From contig CAVRKK010000002.1 in NCBI GenBank assembly GCA_963722385.1, positions 1,088,001 to 1,152,000 of the forward strand: a DNA stretch of 64,000 nt, in the 5' to 3' direction. The notes beneath the pieces are model-generated. The model saw only the letters and a list, made by a program, of their open reading frames with translations. It was not told where the DNA came from and ran no database searches. The stretch's first letter is position 1. Every line of letters starts with the position of its first letter. Source of the DNA: an uncultured bacterium (GTDB lineage: Bacteria > Babelota > Babeliae > Babelales > Babelaceae). A program made the position numbers and the translations under genes. This document shows positions 26,810-36,740 of this stretch, in pieces.

Positions 26810-29755
26810 CTATAAATTAAATGACTGTAGTGTCAATACGGCTGGTTGACCTGATGAGCAAGAGCCAAAATAAGCATGCTGTCTTCGTAAGATAGAACCG
26901 GATATTTGAGTGTTAATACGCAAGGGTCTGTTATTTACTCTTTCAACAAGGTTATCAACAAGCCAAGCACCACAGTCAACATCACCTGATTGTTGGTCGG
27001 TATGCAAAACAGTAAAGTCTATGTTTACATCAGCGAGACCAGCCGCATCATAAACCATTTTTGCTACAGCCCACTGCTGTTTGTCTTGTAAATCAGTTAG
27101 TTGCTTAATGGTAAAGTCTGCAGCCGGCGACATTAGAGAATCAATGTATTCTACCTGGTAGTGTGAGTCTTGGATATGGTGAATTACTAGGCCCACCCAA
27201 TGGTTACCCGGCATAGTAATATCATACTGATCAATGACTTCATCTGTTAGATTAACAGGGATAACGCTAGGAACGCCAGATGTAAATGCTTCCTGTAATC
27301 GATTCCTAAAATCATTTTGGGCGCTATTGCTAAGCTGACCTTGTATAAAGGGATGAGCTGCGCTCAGTATTCTTGCTTGAAAATCATCATTGTCAGAGCG
27401 TAGATAATTATGCAAAAGAGCGTTAATCTCAGTTTCTTGGTAAAAGTGGTCTTGATTCATTAATTGCGGTAAAATGCGTTGCTGCTCAGAACAAGCTATG
27501 CTGGCATCTAAATATTGGTTGGTAACGCTTTTTATCACTTCAAGTAATATCTGTTGTCGAGTTCTATCTTTACTTATTACTAAGGCTTCTTGTTGTTCGC
27601 TAAGCCCTAGCTTATCTGCAAAATCTGATAACGAGGTCTCAGTTAATTTTGACAGCATATCCTTAATCGAATCCCAAATCTTTCTATTAACAAGTTGAAA
27701 TCCCGGAATTTCAGTAGAACTCTTCTCGGGTATTCCAAAGTTTTGTCTTATATTTCTTAAAACATGGACCATATTGCGCAAATCAACATGGATATCGCTT
27801 CTTGTAAAAATCCTTCCCGTATCAGCTTCAAAGCTTAATAAGCCATCCCTATTAATATATACTAAAATTCCTCCGCTTTGCCTTGCTTCTTCTTTAGCTA
27901 TCTCAATTAATAAAACTTCATGATATGAAGCTAGCCATTCAGAAAGCAGTTCAATGATCAAATCTCTTAAGGTTGACTCAGGCTTAGAGTTTATGATAAA
28001 GTACTTGAAAGAATTATAGAGTACTTCATTGAGTCCATATTTTATAGTGTTAATTGATCTCTTTTCTTGATAGGTTCCCTTAAAAGAAGGATATTTAGCA
28101 ACATGTTGGTATACTATATTTTGAGCAGGTATAAAACTTAAAAAAGTGGTTTCTTTTTCGGGAGCTATATCATCTTTTATAACAACTCGTGCTTGCTTGT
28201 CTAATTGTGATATTTTATTAGGCTTATCATGCAAAAGTATTTCATCTAGCGTATGAAGCGAAATATATACTTTACCAGCATGGCTATATTCGATTAAACC
28301 ATCATTATTATAACGGGGGTAAAAGGGATGCTCATAGTAGTTTTTTAGTCCATACGTGTACTTAAGCGTATGATAAGGCCTATCGCCTGTAGCGATAGCA
28401 GGATTATGTGCACTAGGAAGCATTTTTGCCCAATAATCAGGATATCTGATTCTGAGTTCTTGTATCTTTCTTAAATGATCATCGATACCATTGCTAAACC
28501 TATTTTGCAAGCAATCAGAAATACTATTGAATAAATATGGTTGTGTAAAGCTGTAATCAACACACGGTCCTGAATTCTCAAGCTGTCTAAATAATTTTTT
28601 GAGTCTTGTTGCTTCTGCTAGCAGGTGGTCTCGTAAATCGGGGCGTAGCGTAAAATCATTTTTAGCATTAAGTTCTGTGTATATACAGTAATGTAAGGTT
28701 TTAAGTACCATTTCACAGTATTGGTAACAATTTTCTTCCTGCATTTGCCTATGGTATCTTCGTGCATCAGCGCTCCAACGGTCGAGCATATAGTTAATAC
28801 CTCGATATTGAGCAACTAAGAATTTTGTTTTTATGTTGTTTAATTCATTCTGAGTGATCTGCCTACGTTCTCGCAGTATTTGGTTAATGCGTTTAAGATC
28901 TTCTTGAGCTTCTTTGGTTATCTCTTGAGCAAGACTTGCTCGCTGTTGCCTATCCTTAATAACTGTTAATTCTTTTAAAGGTTTACAGCCTTTTTTTCCT
29001 TTTGCTTTCTTCAGGCCCTGTAATATTCCAATAACATAATCATCAGAAATTTCTCTTGCTTCATGCCTTAGTCTTAGGTTGTTCAATCTTCCTTGTAAGC
29101 CCGCATTTACGCCTTTCTTATTCCCTACAGATTTTGCAGGCGATGATCCCTTTGTTGCTCTTACAGTTCTTAGCCAAAAGGAAGTGGTTTGATAATCAGA
29201 TTGAGCTTTTAGCCGGCTTGCTTTTTTGTTCTGCTCATTGTTGTAAGCTAATTCATCCTCACTGTCTGAGTCATCGGAAAGTTCGTCACCATAATACCTT
29301 CCAATTCTTGCAACCTCCGCCTTGAAAAATTGACGTAGTTCATTATCACTCTTATTATTAAAGTCTGGGCGTATCAAGTTAATTGCTTGTCTTATGGTAT
29401 TTAGATTGTTTAAGGATATTTGAGTTTGTGTTTGCGTATGTTCATCCACCTTGCCTAATTCATCATCACGTATAAATTTTTTATGCCTTGTTAGCTTGTA
29501 GAGGTATTTATCGATCAGTTTGACGAGTAGTTGATTGTCACCTTCGATAAGTTCTTGACGATAGTTTATTGTATGATCACCAATAATAAGTTGCTCAATG
29601 CCCGCTTGTACGACTTGCTCTTCTTTTTTTATAGAAAAAATTCCCTGATGATCGCGGTAGAGATATGACTTCGAAAGTTCCATTGATAAACTTTTTAGGC
29701 TTGCCAAAAATAGAATAGATAAAAGTGCTATAGTTACTAGCTTTCGATTTAACAT
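26810..29755 (-). CDS. Secreted effector: putative ADP-ribosyltransferase domain plus Ulp1/CE-clan cysteine protease
   Basis: Signal plus ME. ART-like YRG / IATGD / EKE motifs. Protease motifs NHW, YIDSL, QQ...DCG. Confidence 0.75.
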   Translation of the reverse strand: MLNRKLVTIALLSILFLASLKSLSMELSKSYLYRDHQGIFSIKKEEQVVQAGIEQLIIGDHTINYRQELIEGDNQLLVKLIDKYLYKLTRHKKFIRDDELGKVDEHTQTQTQISLNNLNTIRQAINLIRPDFNNKSDNELRQFFKAEVARIGRYYGDELSDDSDSEDELAYNNEQNKKASRLKAQSDYQTTSFWLRTVRATKGSSPAKSVGNKKGVNAGLQGRLNNLRLRHEAREISDDYVIGILQGLKKAKGKKGCKPLKELTVIKDRQQRASLAQEITKEAQEDLKRINQILRERRQITQNELNNIKTKFLVAQYRGINYMLDRWSADARRYHRQMQEENCYQYCEMVLKTLHYCIYTELNAKNDFTLRPDLRDHLLAEATRLKKLFRQLENSGPCVDYSFTQPYLFNSISDCLQNRFSNGIDDHLRKIQELRIRYPDYWAKMLPSAHNPAIATGDRPYHTLKYTYGLKNYYEHPFYPRYNNDGLIEYSHAGKVYISLHTLDEILLHDKPNKISQLDKQARVVIKDDIAPEKETTFLSFIPAQNIVYQHVAKYPSFKGTYQEKRSINTIKYGLNEVLYNSFKYFIINSKPESTLRDLIIELLSEWLASYHEVLLIEIAKEEARQSGGILVYINRDGLLSFEADTGRIFTRSDIHVDLRNMVHVLRNIRQNFGIPEKSSTEIPGFQLVNRKIWDSIKDMLSKLTETSLSDFADKLGLSEQQEALVISKDRTRQQILLEVIKSVTNQYLDASIACSEQQRILPQLMNQDHFYQETEINALLHNYLRSDNDDFQARILSAAHPFIQGQLSNSAQNDFRNRLQEAFTSGVPSVIPVNLTDEVIDQYDITMPGNHWVGLVIHHIQDSHYQVEYIDSLMSPAADFTIKQLTDLQDKQQWAVAKMVYDAAGLADVNIDFTVLHTDQQSGDVDCGAWLVDNLVERVNNRPLRINTQISGSILRRQHAYFGSCSSGQPAVLTLQSFNL

Positions 29756-30186
29756 GGCAACTCCTCAGGTATCATACATCGTTATGCCAAGTAAGGCTAA
29801 CAAATTACGAATTTTAATCAAATTTATCATAGGCCTATACGCCTAGGCAGAGCCTCATTTTAGTGAGTTGTGATTTAAAAATAAGCGTATTTGTGCTGCC
29901 ATCTCTCTTTGACTATGAGGCTCAGCGCGATGAGCGCGGCGACCATATCGCTTGGCCTCTGTTCTGCCGCTTACGTAAGCCAGATCGTTTGTGGTGCTCT
30001 ACATGCATTGCCTGTAGGGCAATGGGATATGTGCTTTGTGCTCGGCTATTCGAAGGTACAAGCGCTGCGTTTGGTGATTTTGCCGAAGTAATACGCGATA
30101 CGCTTCCTGCATTTACGAATGAACTCGATCAGCTGCTTAAAACGACTGCCGTTATCTCGTCGATAGGCCTGCCATGCTTGTGTTAA

Positions 30187-30418
30187 ATGAGCCCACATCG
30201 GCACTGATCCTGAAAATACCGCCGTTATCGTGGCCCTGTTGGAGCGGTTGGCCAAGCAGGGTGTCGGTATTGTTGTTTCAAGCCAGGATATGAATTTTGT
30301 TCAGCGAATCATTGATAAAGTTTGTTTAGTAGAACAAGGCGAAATTATTGCAGAATTCGATAAAAGGCAGGATGAAATGATCGCGACAAGCGCGATTGCA
30401 CTATTTTTGAGTAAGTAA
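30187..30418 (+). pseudogene. ABC transporter ATPase C-terminal remnant
   Basis: EPTSAL/DPE across a frameshift, then IVVSSQDMNFVQRIIDKV..VEQGEI. Confidence 0.7.
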
Positions 30419-30517
30419 TTTATTTGCGGTAGGGTACTCACGCCGAATTCTGTCAAGTCTTGTAAAAGGGCTCCATGTTTTGCCACGCTGAAATGAATCT
30501 TTTAATTCGAGGGGGAT

Positions 30518-31495
30518 ATGAGTATGGCTGCCAATAACCAAAGATCTTTGCTGAATCCGATCGCTCAAAAATTTATTGATAAGCTTGCTGCGCAAGGCGG
30601 CAAGCCGCTCTACGAGCTTTCGGTTGCTGATGCTCGCCAAGTTTTGGAATCGTTGCAGGCACCATTACCTGTGCAGGTTCCTGCTGATATCGAGGACATT
30701 ACGATTCCTGGTGGCCCCAAAAGGCAGGTTTCTCTCCGTATTGTTCGGCCGCAAGAGCGAAAGGATCGCTTGCCAGTCATTATGTATTTTCACGGCGGTG
30801 GCTGGATATTGGGGAGCAAGCAAACGCATGATCGCCTTATAAGGCTTATTGCTCAGAAGGTCGGTGCGGCAGTTGTTTTTGTTAATTTTAGCCGTTCCCC
30901 TGAAGAGAAATATCCTGTTGCCATTGAAGAAGCGTATGCAGCAACCACGTATATCGCCGAACATGGAGCTGAACATAATCTTGAGGGATCTCAGCTGGCA
31001 GTTGCTGGCGATAGCGTGGGCGGCAACATGGCAACCGTTATGGCGATTATGGCAAAGCAGCATAGCGGACCTCGTATAGCTTATCAGGTGCTGTTTTACC
31101 CGGTGACTGATGCCAATTTTACGACCGGCTCATATGTTCAATATGCGCAAGGCCCTTGGTTGACAAAGGCGGCAATGGAATGGTTTTGGGATGCCTATGC
31201 TCCCGATCAGGCAACCAGAGAGAAGATCACCGTGAGTCCCTTGCGTGCATCGCTTCAAGAGCTTACGGGCCTCCCGCCAGCGCTGGTAATTACTGATGAA
31301 TGTGATGTTCTCCGTGATGAGGGTGAAGCTTACGCTCATAAGCTTGCAAAGGCTGGTGTTGAGGTTACCGCGGTTCGTTGCCTGGGAATCTGCCATGATT
31401 TTGTTATGCTCAATGCCTTGAGTGAAACGCCAGCAGCAAAGACCGCATTAGAATTAGCGTACTGGAAGCTCCGGCAAGCGCTCGGCAAAAAATAG
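30518..31495 (+). CDS. HSL-family alpha/beta hydrolase (esterase/lipase)
   Basis: HGGGW, GDSVGG, DVLRDEG, HDF. Confidence 0.92.
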   Translation: MSMAANNQRSLLNPIAQKFIDKLAAQGGKPLYELSVADARQVLESLQAPLPVQVPADIEDITIPGGPKRQVSLRIVRPQERKDRLPVIMYFHGGGWILGSKQTHDRLIRLIAQKVGAAVVFVNFSRSPEEKYPVAIEEAYAATTYIAEHGAEHNLEGSQLAVAGDSVGGNMATVMAIMAKQHSGPRIAYQVLFYPVTDANFTTGSYVQYAQGPWLTKAAMEWFWDAYAPDQATREKITVSPLRASLQELTGLPPALVITDECDVLRDEGEAYAHKLAKAGVEVTAVRCLGICHDFVMLNALSETPAAKTALELAYWKLRQALGKK

Positions 31496-31660
31496 ACCGA
31501 AAACTTTTCCAGCTTCGCGCCTTTTTATAAAAATACTATAAGGTAAGCTACCGTCTCATAGTACCCATATCTTTAAGCTATTAATATTGCGATTAGCCAA
31601 TTATTATAGTATATTATACAATAAATCATTAATAAATACGGTCTTAAATGAGGGCGCGCT

Positions 31661-32053
31661 ATGAAAACGCATCAAGGCCTACTTCTTGTGATGATATCTC
31701 TTTTTTTTGGCATGTATAGTATGGAAAATCCTCATAAACGAGAACGAGGGCAAGAAATAGAAACTTCGAAACAACCGCAATTAAAAAAGAAAAAAATATT
31801 TAGCTCAGAAGAAATAAAAAAAGCAACCGAAGCGCTTATTCAAGCAATAAAAGATAATGATATTGAAAAGGCACAGCAAGCTCTTGATCAAGGTGCAAAT
31901 AAAAATGCTATTTATTCAGGAGCCTTCGTGAACGAAGGCATGTACCCGGGGTCTCTCATGCTCCTCGCAATGAAAATGTTTAACCAGTTTCTTGCTAAAG
32001 CTTATTATTGTGGGACGTTTTCTTCTATTTCGCACGTAACTTTATTGCCGTGA
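31661..32053 (+). pseudogene. Secreted ankyrin effector with bipartite NLS-like motif, truncated
   Basis: Signal, ME, KRERGQEIETSKQPQLKKKK and one ankyrin repeat. It then runs into the opposite-strand gene. Confidence 0.6.
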
Positions 32054-32289
32054 CGTACATATTTGCCTTTTAATGAACCAATAGAACAATTCCACCCCTC
32101 ATGAACACACCAATGGTCCTCGGAACAGATACCACTTATATAAATAAATGGACAGACAGCCCCTTTTGTTTTTGCACAATAAAATGACTGGCATTTGTCG
32201 CCTGGGCGAGGACAGCTATTGTATGGCTGGGCAATACTGATTCCTGCTGTTAATAAAAAAGTAGCGGTAAGTAATAAAAATTGATGCAT
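32005..32289 (-). CDS. Small secreted 8-Cys protein
   Basis: AGGAG RBS, signal peptide, 8 Cys. Paralogue of the next gene. Confidence 0.75.
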   Translation of the reverse strand: MHQFLLLTATFLLTAGISIAQPYNSCPRPGDKCQSFYCAKTKGAVCPFIYISGICSEDHWCVHEGWNCSIGSLKGKYVRHGNKVTCEIEENVPQ

Positions 32290-32315
32290 AGCATACTCCT
32301 TAACAATTACGCTCG

Positions 32316-32612
32316 TTACTTTTGATCGCCAGGAACGCATGTGACAACATTATCAATAAGTTCATAATGTCCCTCGGGGGCAAGACCCGTCAAAGGATTC
32401 ACGCTGCAGGCGCTGCCAAGAGCAACACAGTAGTGGTCTGCGTTGCAGTAACCACGTACTACAACAGTTTGAGGACATATTTCGCGCTCACAGGGCAAAT
32501 TTGTAAAGCATGGAGCATTTGGCGTTGTGCATGTTTGTGGGTGAACGATCACAGAAAGTGCCTGCATAGAAAAAACACAAGCAAGAATAAATACGGCAAG
32601 ATAGCGTTTCAT
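32316..32612 (-). CDS. Small secreted 8-Cys protein
   Basis: AGGAG RBS, signal peptide, shared CP...G.C..DH.CV..G..CS...G.Y...VTC. Confidence 0.75.
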   Translation of the reverse strand: MKRYLAVFILACVFSMQALSVIVHPQTCTTPNAPCFTNLPCEREICPQTVVVRGYCNADHYCVALGSACSVNPLTGLAPEGHYELIDNVVTCVPGDQK

Positions 32613-32772
32613 AGCTAAGTCTCCTTTTTTGGTAAAGCTTAGTAATCTAAGCGACACAGGCTCTGTTGATTGCTTATTGTGCGCTTATAATATTAATATA
32701 TAAATAATGCTTTATAATAGTCAATAATTTTATGAATGTATATTGAGTTCTCGTTAAGATATCAAGCGAGCA

Positions 32773-33804
32773 TTAAGTTGCAGATCCGATAATAGCGGCG
32801 AGAATTTCCTCAGGTAGTAACCCGCCTTGTTCACTCTGGTAGTGTGCTAAAGTAAGTTTTTCGCGTCTTCTCTGGGATGCCTGGAGGATTCTCGTGGCAA
32901 TTTCTTGGTAATTCTTTTTTTGTTCGGCGCTGAGTGAGCGGCTTTTAAGTAATCCTTTGAGGTAAGCACGTGCCTCGCTAAGGTCTATATTGATATTAAA
33001 TTGTAAGTCGCGATCGAGAATTTCTTTAACGATCGGTAGATGGCCTTGTGCGCCAGCGCAAGCCAATGAATGACTGAGCGCTTCTGCCCAATCCGGCTTA
33101 TTTTGAGCAACATCAAGAATCATGGTGACTATCTTATTATTGCCGAGTAAAGCTGCTCGTTCTAAAGCCTCGTGTAAATCTTGATCAGAGGCCAACTCGG
33201 CCTTAATAATGATATCAACGGTATGAGTAAGCCCGTATGCTGCTGCCAACATTAAAGCCTGCTTAATCTCTCTAAATGTTGCCATTTCAAAAAGACTTAT
33301 TGCTTGTTGTTCATCGTGGGCAATGATTGCTTGATGTAAAGGTGACGGAAAGATATCAGCTATAATTCGCTTAAATTGAGGATCATTTCTATTAAAGTGA
33401 GCACCGTGCTCGACAAAGTAGCGGATTATATCCTGTTTTATACGATATTGCTCTGATGGTTCCTTTGTCTCATTCAGAGCCTTGAGGGCCCACATGATGG
33501 GTTGATAATGCCCCGTGCAGCCAAAGGGGGCATTGATGTCGGCGCCATGCCTAACAAGCCACTTCAAGAGAGGCAGGTGCTTATTATAGGCGGCCACATG
33601 AAGAGGTTTCATGCGGGAAGAGTTAGGTTCATTGAGATCGATGCCTTGATTAAATAATTTTTCTACAGTCTCGATTTCACCACGCCCGATCGCTGCGTCG
33701 AGTTGCAGAGCAGTTGGGGGAGCCTCCATGCTATATAACGCTGGAAAGCCTAACGAAAGCACAATTATAAGTAATGCATATAGCGGCGATCTTTTTGTTA
33801 TCAT
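32773..33804 (-). CDS. Secreted ankyrin-repeat protein with C-terminal F-box-like motif
   Basis: Signal plus ME, PLHVAA..GADIN, ends LLPEEILAAII. Confidence 0.8.
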   Translation of the reverse strand: MITKRSPLYALLIIVLSLGFPALYSMEAPPTALQLDAAIGRGEIETVEKLFNQGIDLNEPNSSRMKPLHVAAYNKHLPLLKWLVRHGADINAPFGCTGHYQPIMWALKALNETKEPSEQYRIKQDIIRYFVEHGAHFNRNDPQFKRIIADIFPSPLHQAIIAHDEQQAISLFEMATFREIKQALMLAAAYGLTHTVDIIIKAELASDQDLHEALERAALLGNNKIVTMILDVAQNKPDWAEALSHSLACAGAQGHLPIVKEILDRDLQFNINIDLSEARAYLKGLLKSRSLSAEQKKNYQEIATRILQASQRRREKLTLAHYQSEQGGLLPEEILAAIIGSAT

Positions 33805-33819
33805 TTTTAATCCTATTTA

Positions 33820-34980
33820 TTAACCTTTATAACCTTTAGAAGGCGCCCGTAAAAAGCTTAATATGAAATATATTAATTCAAGTGGCAATTGAGGCAGTGC
33901 CATTTGAGGCGTTGCAACTCTTGAAGCTTTTCTCACTTCTATGGCGTCAAGTAAAAGGTTACGCAGCGCCGTATACTGTTTGACTTCTGAAGCGGTTAGT
34001 GGTGAGTTCGATGCTAACGTTTGATGCATACGCAACAGATTAGTAATATACTCGCCTAAGGGCGTAAGGTCAAGGCTTAATCCTTGCGTAAAAGCTGTAT
34101 TAAGGATAAACGTTACCAATGGAATATTGCGCCTAATCCCGCTAATATAAAGCGCTTTGCTTAAGGCTTCCTCCCATTCAGCTTCTTGGAGAGTGCCGAT
34201 TGGCCTATTATTTACAATAAATTCATAAATGGAAGCGATGATAAATTGATTATCTGAGTAAGCGCCGCCGATGAGGGCTGCTTGTAAAGAAGCATCATCT
34301 ATTGCCATAGGAAATTTATCCAAGATATCTCTAACCAGAAATTCTTGATTTTGTTGAGCAGCTAACTGTAATGCATCGTTAATAAGGGCTTGTTCAGAAG
34401 GAGAAAGCTCATGGGCTTGGAGCAAACCTAGCAGGTGTTCGATATCCTGTTCATGACGTAACGCAATAGCAAGGAGTAATGGTTCGCTAAAGATTTTGTT
34501 TATTTTCGGGGCATCTTCTTCAGTTGGTTGAGCTCCGCGCTCGATAAGGTGCCTCATAAAATCAGGTGATTCTGTTGAACAAAGGGGATGTATCCCAAAA
34601 AAGTTAGTACTATTAACATTGGCTCCATATTCGATAAGCAATTTTGCAACGTCAAACTGGTTGTTCTTGAGTGCATAATGCAAAGGGGTTTCGCCCAAAT
34701 TGTCCACCGCATTTACCGACGCACCATGTTCGATAAGCCACCGTACCATGGGAAGATGGCCACCAGCTGCCGCATGATGGATTGCCTGTGCCTCGTCTCG
34801 CTCTTGCGTATTAATCTGAGCACCGGCATTAAGAGCATGGTCAGCAGCTACGATGTCGCCGTTTTTGGCTGCCTCAAGGAGCTCTTGGTTGGGTATGGTA
34901 GGCGCGGGTGCCTCCATGCCATGAAGGCTTGCCGCTGCTTGAATAATTAAAATTAGAAATATATTTCTGAAATTCACCAT
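33820..34980 (-). CDS. Secreted ankyrin-repeat protein with C-terminal F-box (PRANC-like) motif
   Basis: Signal plus ME, GETPLHYA..GANVN, ends LPQLPLELIYFILSFL. Confidence 0.85.
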   Translation of the reverse strand: MVNFRNIFLILIIQAAASLHGMEAPAPTIPNQELLEAAKNGDIVAADHALNAGAQINTQERDEAQAIHHAAAGGHLPMVRWLIEHGASVNAVDNLGETPLHYALKNNQFDVAKLLIEYGANVNSTNFFGIHPLCSTESPDFMRHLIERGAQPTEEDAPKINKIFSEPLLLAIALRHEQDIEHLLGLLQAHELSPSEQALINDALQLAAQQNQEFLVRDILDKFPMAIDDASLQAALIGGAYSDNQFIIASIYEFIVNNRPIGTLQEAEWEEALSKALYISGIRRNIPLVTFILNTAFTQGLSLDLTPLGEYITNLLRMHQTLASNSPLTASEVKQYTALRNLLLDAIEVRKASRVATPQMALPQLPLELIYFILSFLRAPSKGYKG

Positions 34981-35288
34981 ATTCTCCTTTTCAGAGTAAG
35001 TTTTTCAAATCTACAAACTCGTATTTATTGTAATAATACCATTTGTAAAAACAACCAGTCAAGTAAAAAATTAATTGTCAATTCTAAAAATTATTGGCAG
35101 AGTAGCACGAAATACTGAGCAATTAAGCGGTTTCACGCCAAGCAGCGTTATCGAAGTATTGATACCAAGCAAGAATATGCTTTTTTTGGGCTTATCTGTT
35201 GGTGCCAAAAATTTTGTTGTGCTTGGACTTCTGTAAAAACCGGTGTATTTTATAAAGTATCTTAATATTTTTTAGTAGGGAGAGGCGA

Positions 35289-36740
35289 ATGGCGCTTTGG
35301 TCAAATATACAGGCAGTCGTCTTGGCAGCTGGAAGATCGGCCCGTTTTAAAACAGAGCAAAGCAAGCTTAGTTTTTCGATATGTGGCCAGGAGATGGTCT
35401 TATATCCTACCAAGCTTTTGCAAAAGCTTGATATACCGATCACTTTTACCGTTGGGTATCAAAAAGAGGTCGTACAAGGCATCATCAAGAATAGCGGCAT
35501 TGAAGCTAATTATGCTGAGCAGCTTGAGCAGAAAGGAACAGGACATGCCCTTTTGTGCTCACGTCCTTTTTGGTACGCTGACCATATTTTGGTGATGCAT
35601 GGGGACACTCCCTTGGTCGCGCAGGATATTCTTGAGGATTTAATTAATAAACATCTTGCCAATCAGGCTACGTTGAGCTTTGTAACTGCTCATAATAGCG
35701 ACCCAGAGCTTATAGGCTACGGGCGCATTATTCGCGATAACGGAGGAATCAAGGTCCAGGAGCATTTTGATCATCAACGCGATGTGAGGCAGCAGTGCTG
35801 CATTAATGCTGGCATTTACCTGATCAAGCGCTCATTCTTAGAAGCAAGCATTCATCTGATCGGCCCTTATCCTCAATCGGGAGAGATGAATGCGCATGAG
35901 CTGATCCGCATAGCAAGCGCTCAGGGCTTAAAAGTTGAGACAGTTCAAGCGCCATTTGATTATATTCGTGGTGTTAAGACGCTTAAAGAGCTCTGGACAG
36001 TTGAGCATATCAAGCGGGCAGAGCTCATTACCTATTGGATGTCGCAAGGTGTTCGATTTGCCGCGGCGCAAAATGTTCATCTTGATCACGATGTTATTAT
36101 TGGCCCTGATACCTCGATCGGGTCGGGAGTTATTTTGCTTAAGGGTACGCGGATCGGATCCCATTGCGTGATTGATGCGTTTTCTTATATTAGCAATAGT
36201 GTTATTCAAGACTATGCTGCGGTCTTGAGCCACTCGGTCATTTATGACTCGATTGTGCAGCAACAGGCAAAAATTGGACCATTTGCCCATTTGCGCAAAG
36301 AGAGCACGATCGGTTTGAGCGCAACAATTGGCAATTTTGTTGAGGTGAGCGCAAGCAGTGTTGGCCCTTATTCGAAGGCAAAGCATTTAGCCTATCTTGG
36401 CAATGCGCAAGTCGGCGCAAATGTCAGAATTGGCGCGGGAACGGTTACCTGTAGCGACGATGGCTTTACCAAGCATACCACGGTGATAGGTGATGGCGCA
36501 TGCATTGGTGGCAATAGTTCGCTGGTGGCGCCGCTTTCCATTGGGCGTGAGGCGTTCACGGTGTCTGGTTCGACATTGACCGAGTCAGTACCTGATTATA
36601 CCTGTGGTAGTGCACGTTCACCCCAGGTCAATAAAGAAAACTACGGCTATGCGCGACGACTGCCATGCCTGTCTGAACGGAAAGGACATCAGTGTATTTC
36701 GTTACAATGCGCTCCTGTACCGGTTCCTGAAGTTATATGA
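35289..36740 (+). CDS. glmU: GlmU-like bifunctional uridyl-/acetyltransferase (divergent)
   Basis: LAAG..R, GTGHA, GD.P, GYGRI, hexapeptide repeats, GNFVE, HL.YLG. Confidence 0.85.
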   Translation: MALWSNIQAVVLAAGRSARFKTEQSKLSFSICGQEMVLYPTKLLQKLDIPITFTVGYQKEVVQGIIKNSGIEANYAEQLEQKGTGHALLCSRPFWYADHILVMHGDTPLVAQDILEDLINKHLANQATLSFVTAHNSDPELIGYGRIIRDNGGIKVQEHFDHQRDVRQQCCINAGIYLIKRSFLEASIHLIGPYPQSGEMNAHELIRIASAQGLKVETVQAPFDYIRGVKTLKELWTVEHIKRAELITYWMSQGVRFAAAQNVHLDHDVIIGPDTSIGSGVILLKGTRIGSHCVIDAFSYISNSVIQDYAAVLSHSVIYDSIVQQQAKIGPFAHLRKESTIGLSATIGNFVEVSASSVGPYSKAKHLAYLGNAQVGANVRIGAGTVTCSDDGFTKHTTVIGDGACIGGNSSLVAPLSIGREAFTVSGSTLTESVPDYTCGSARSPQVNKENYGYARRLPCLSERKGHQCISLQCAPVPVPEVI

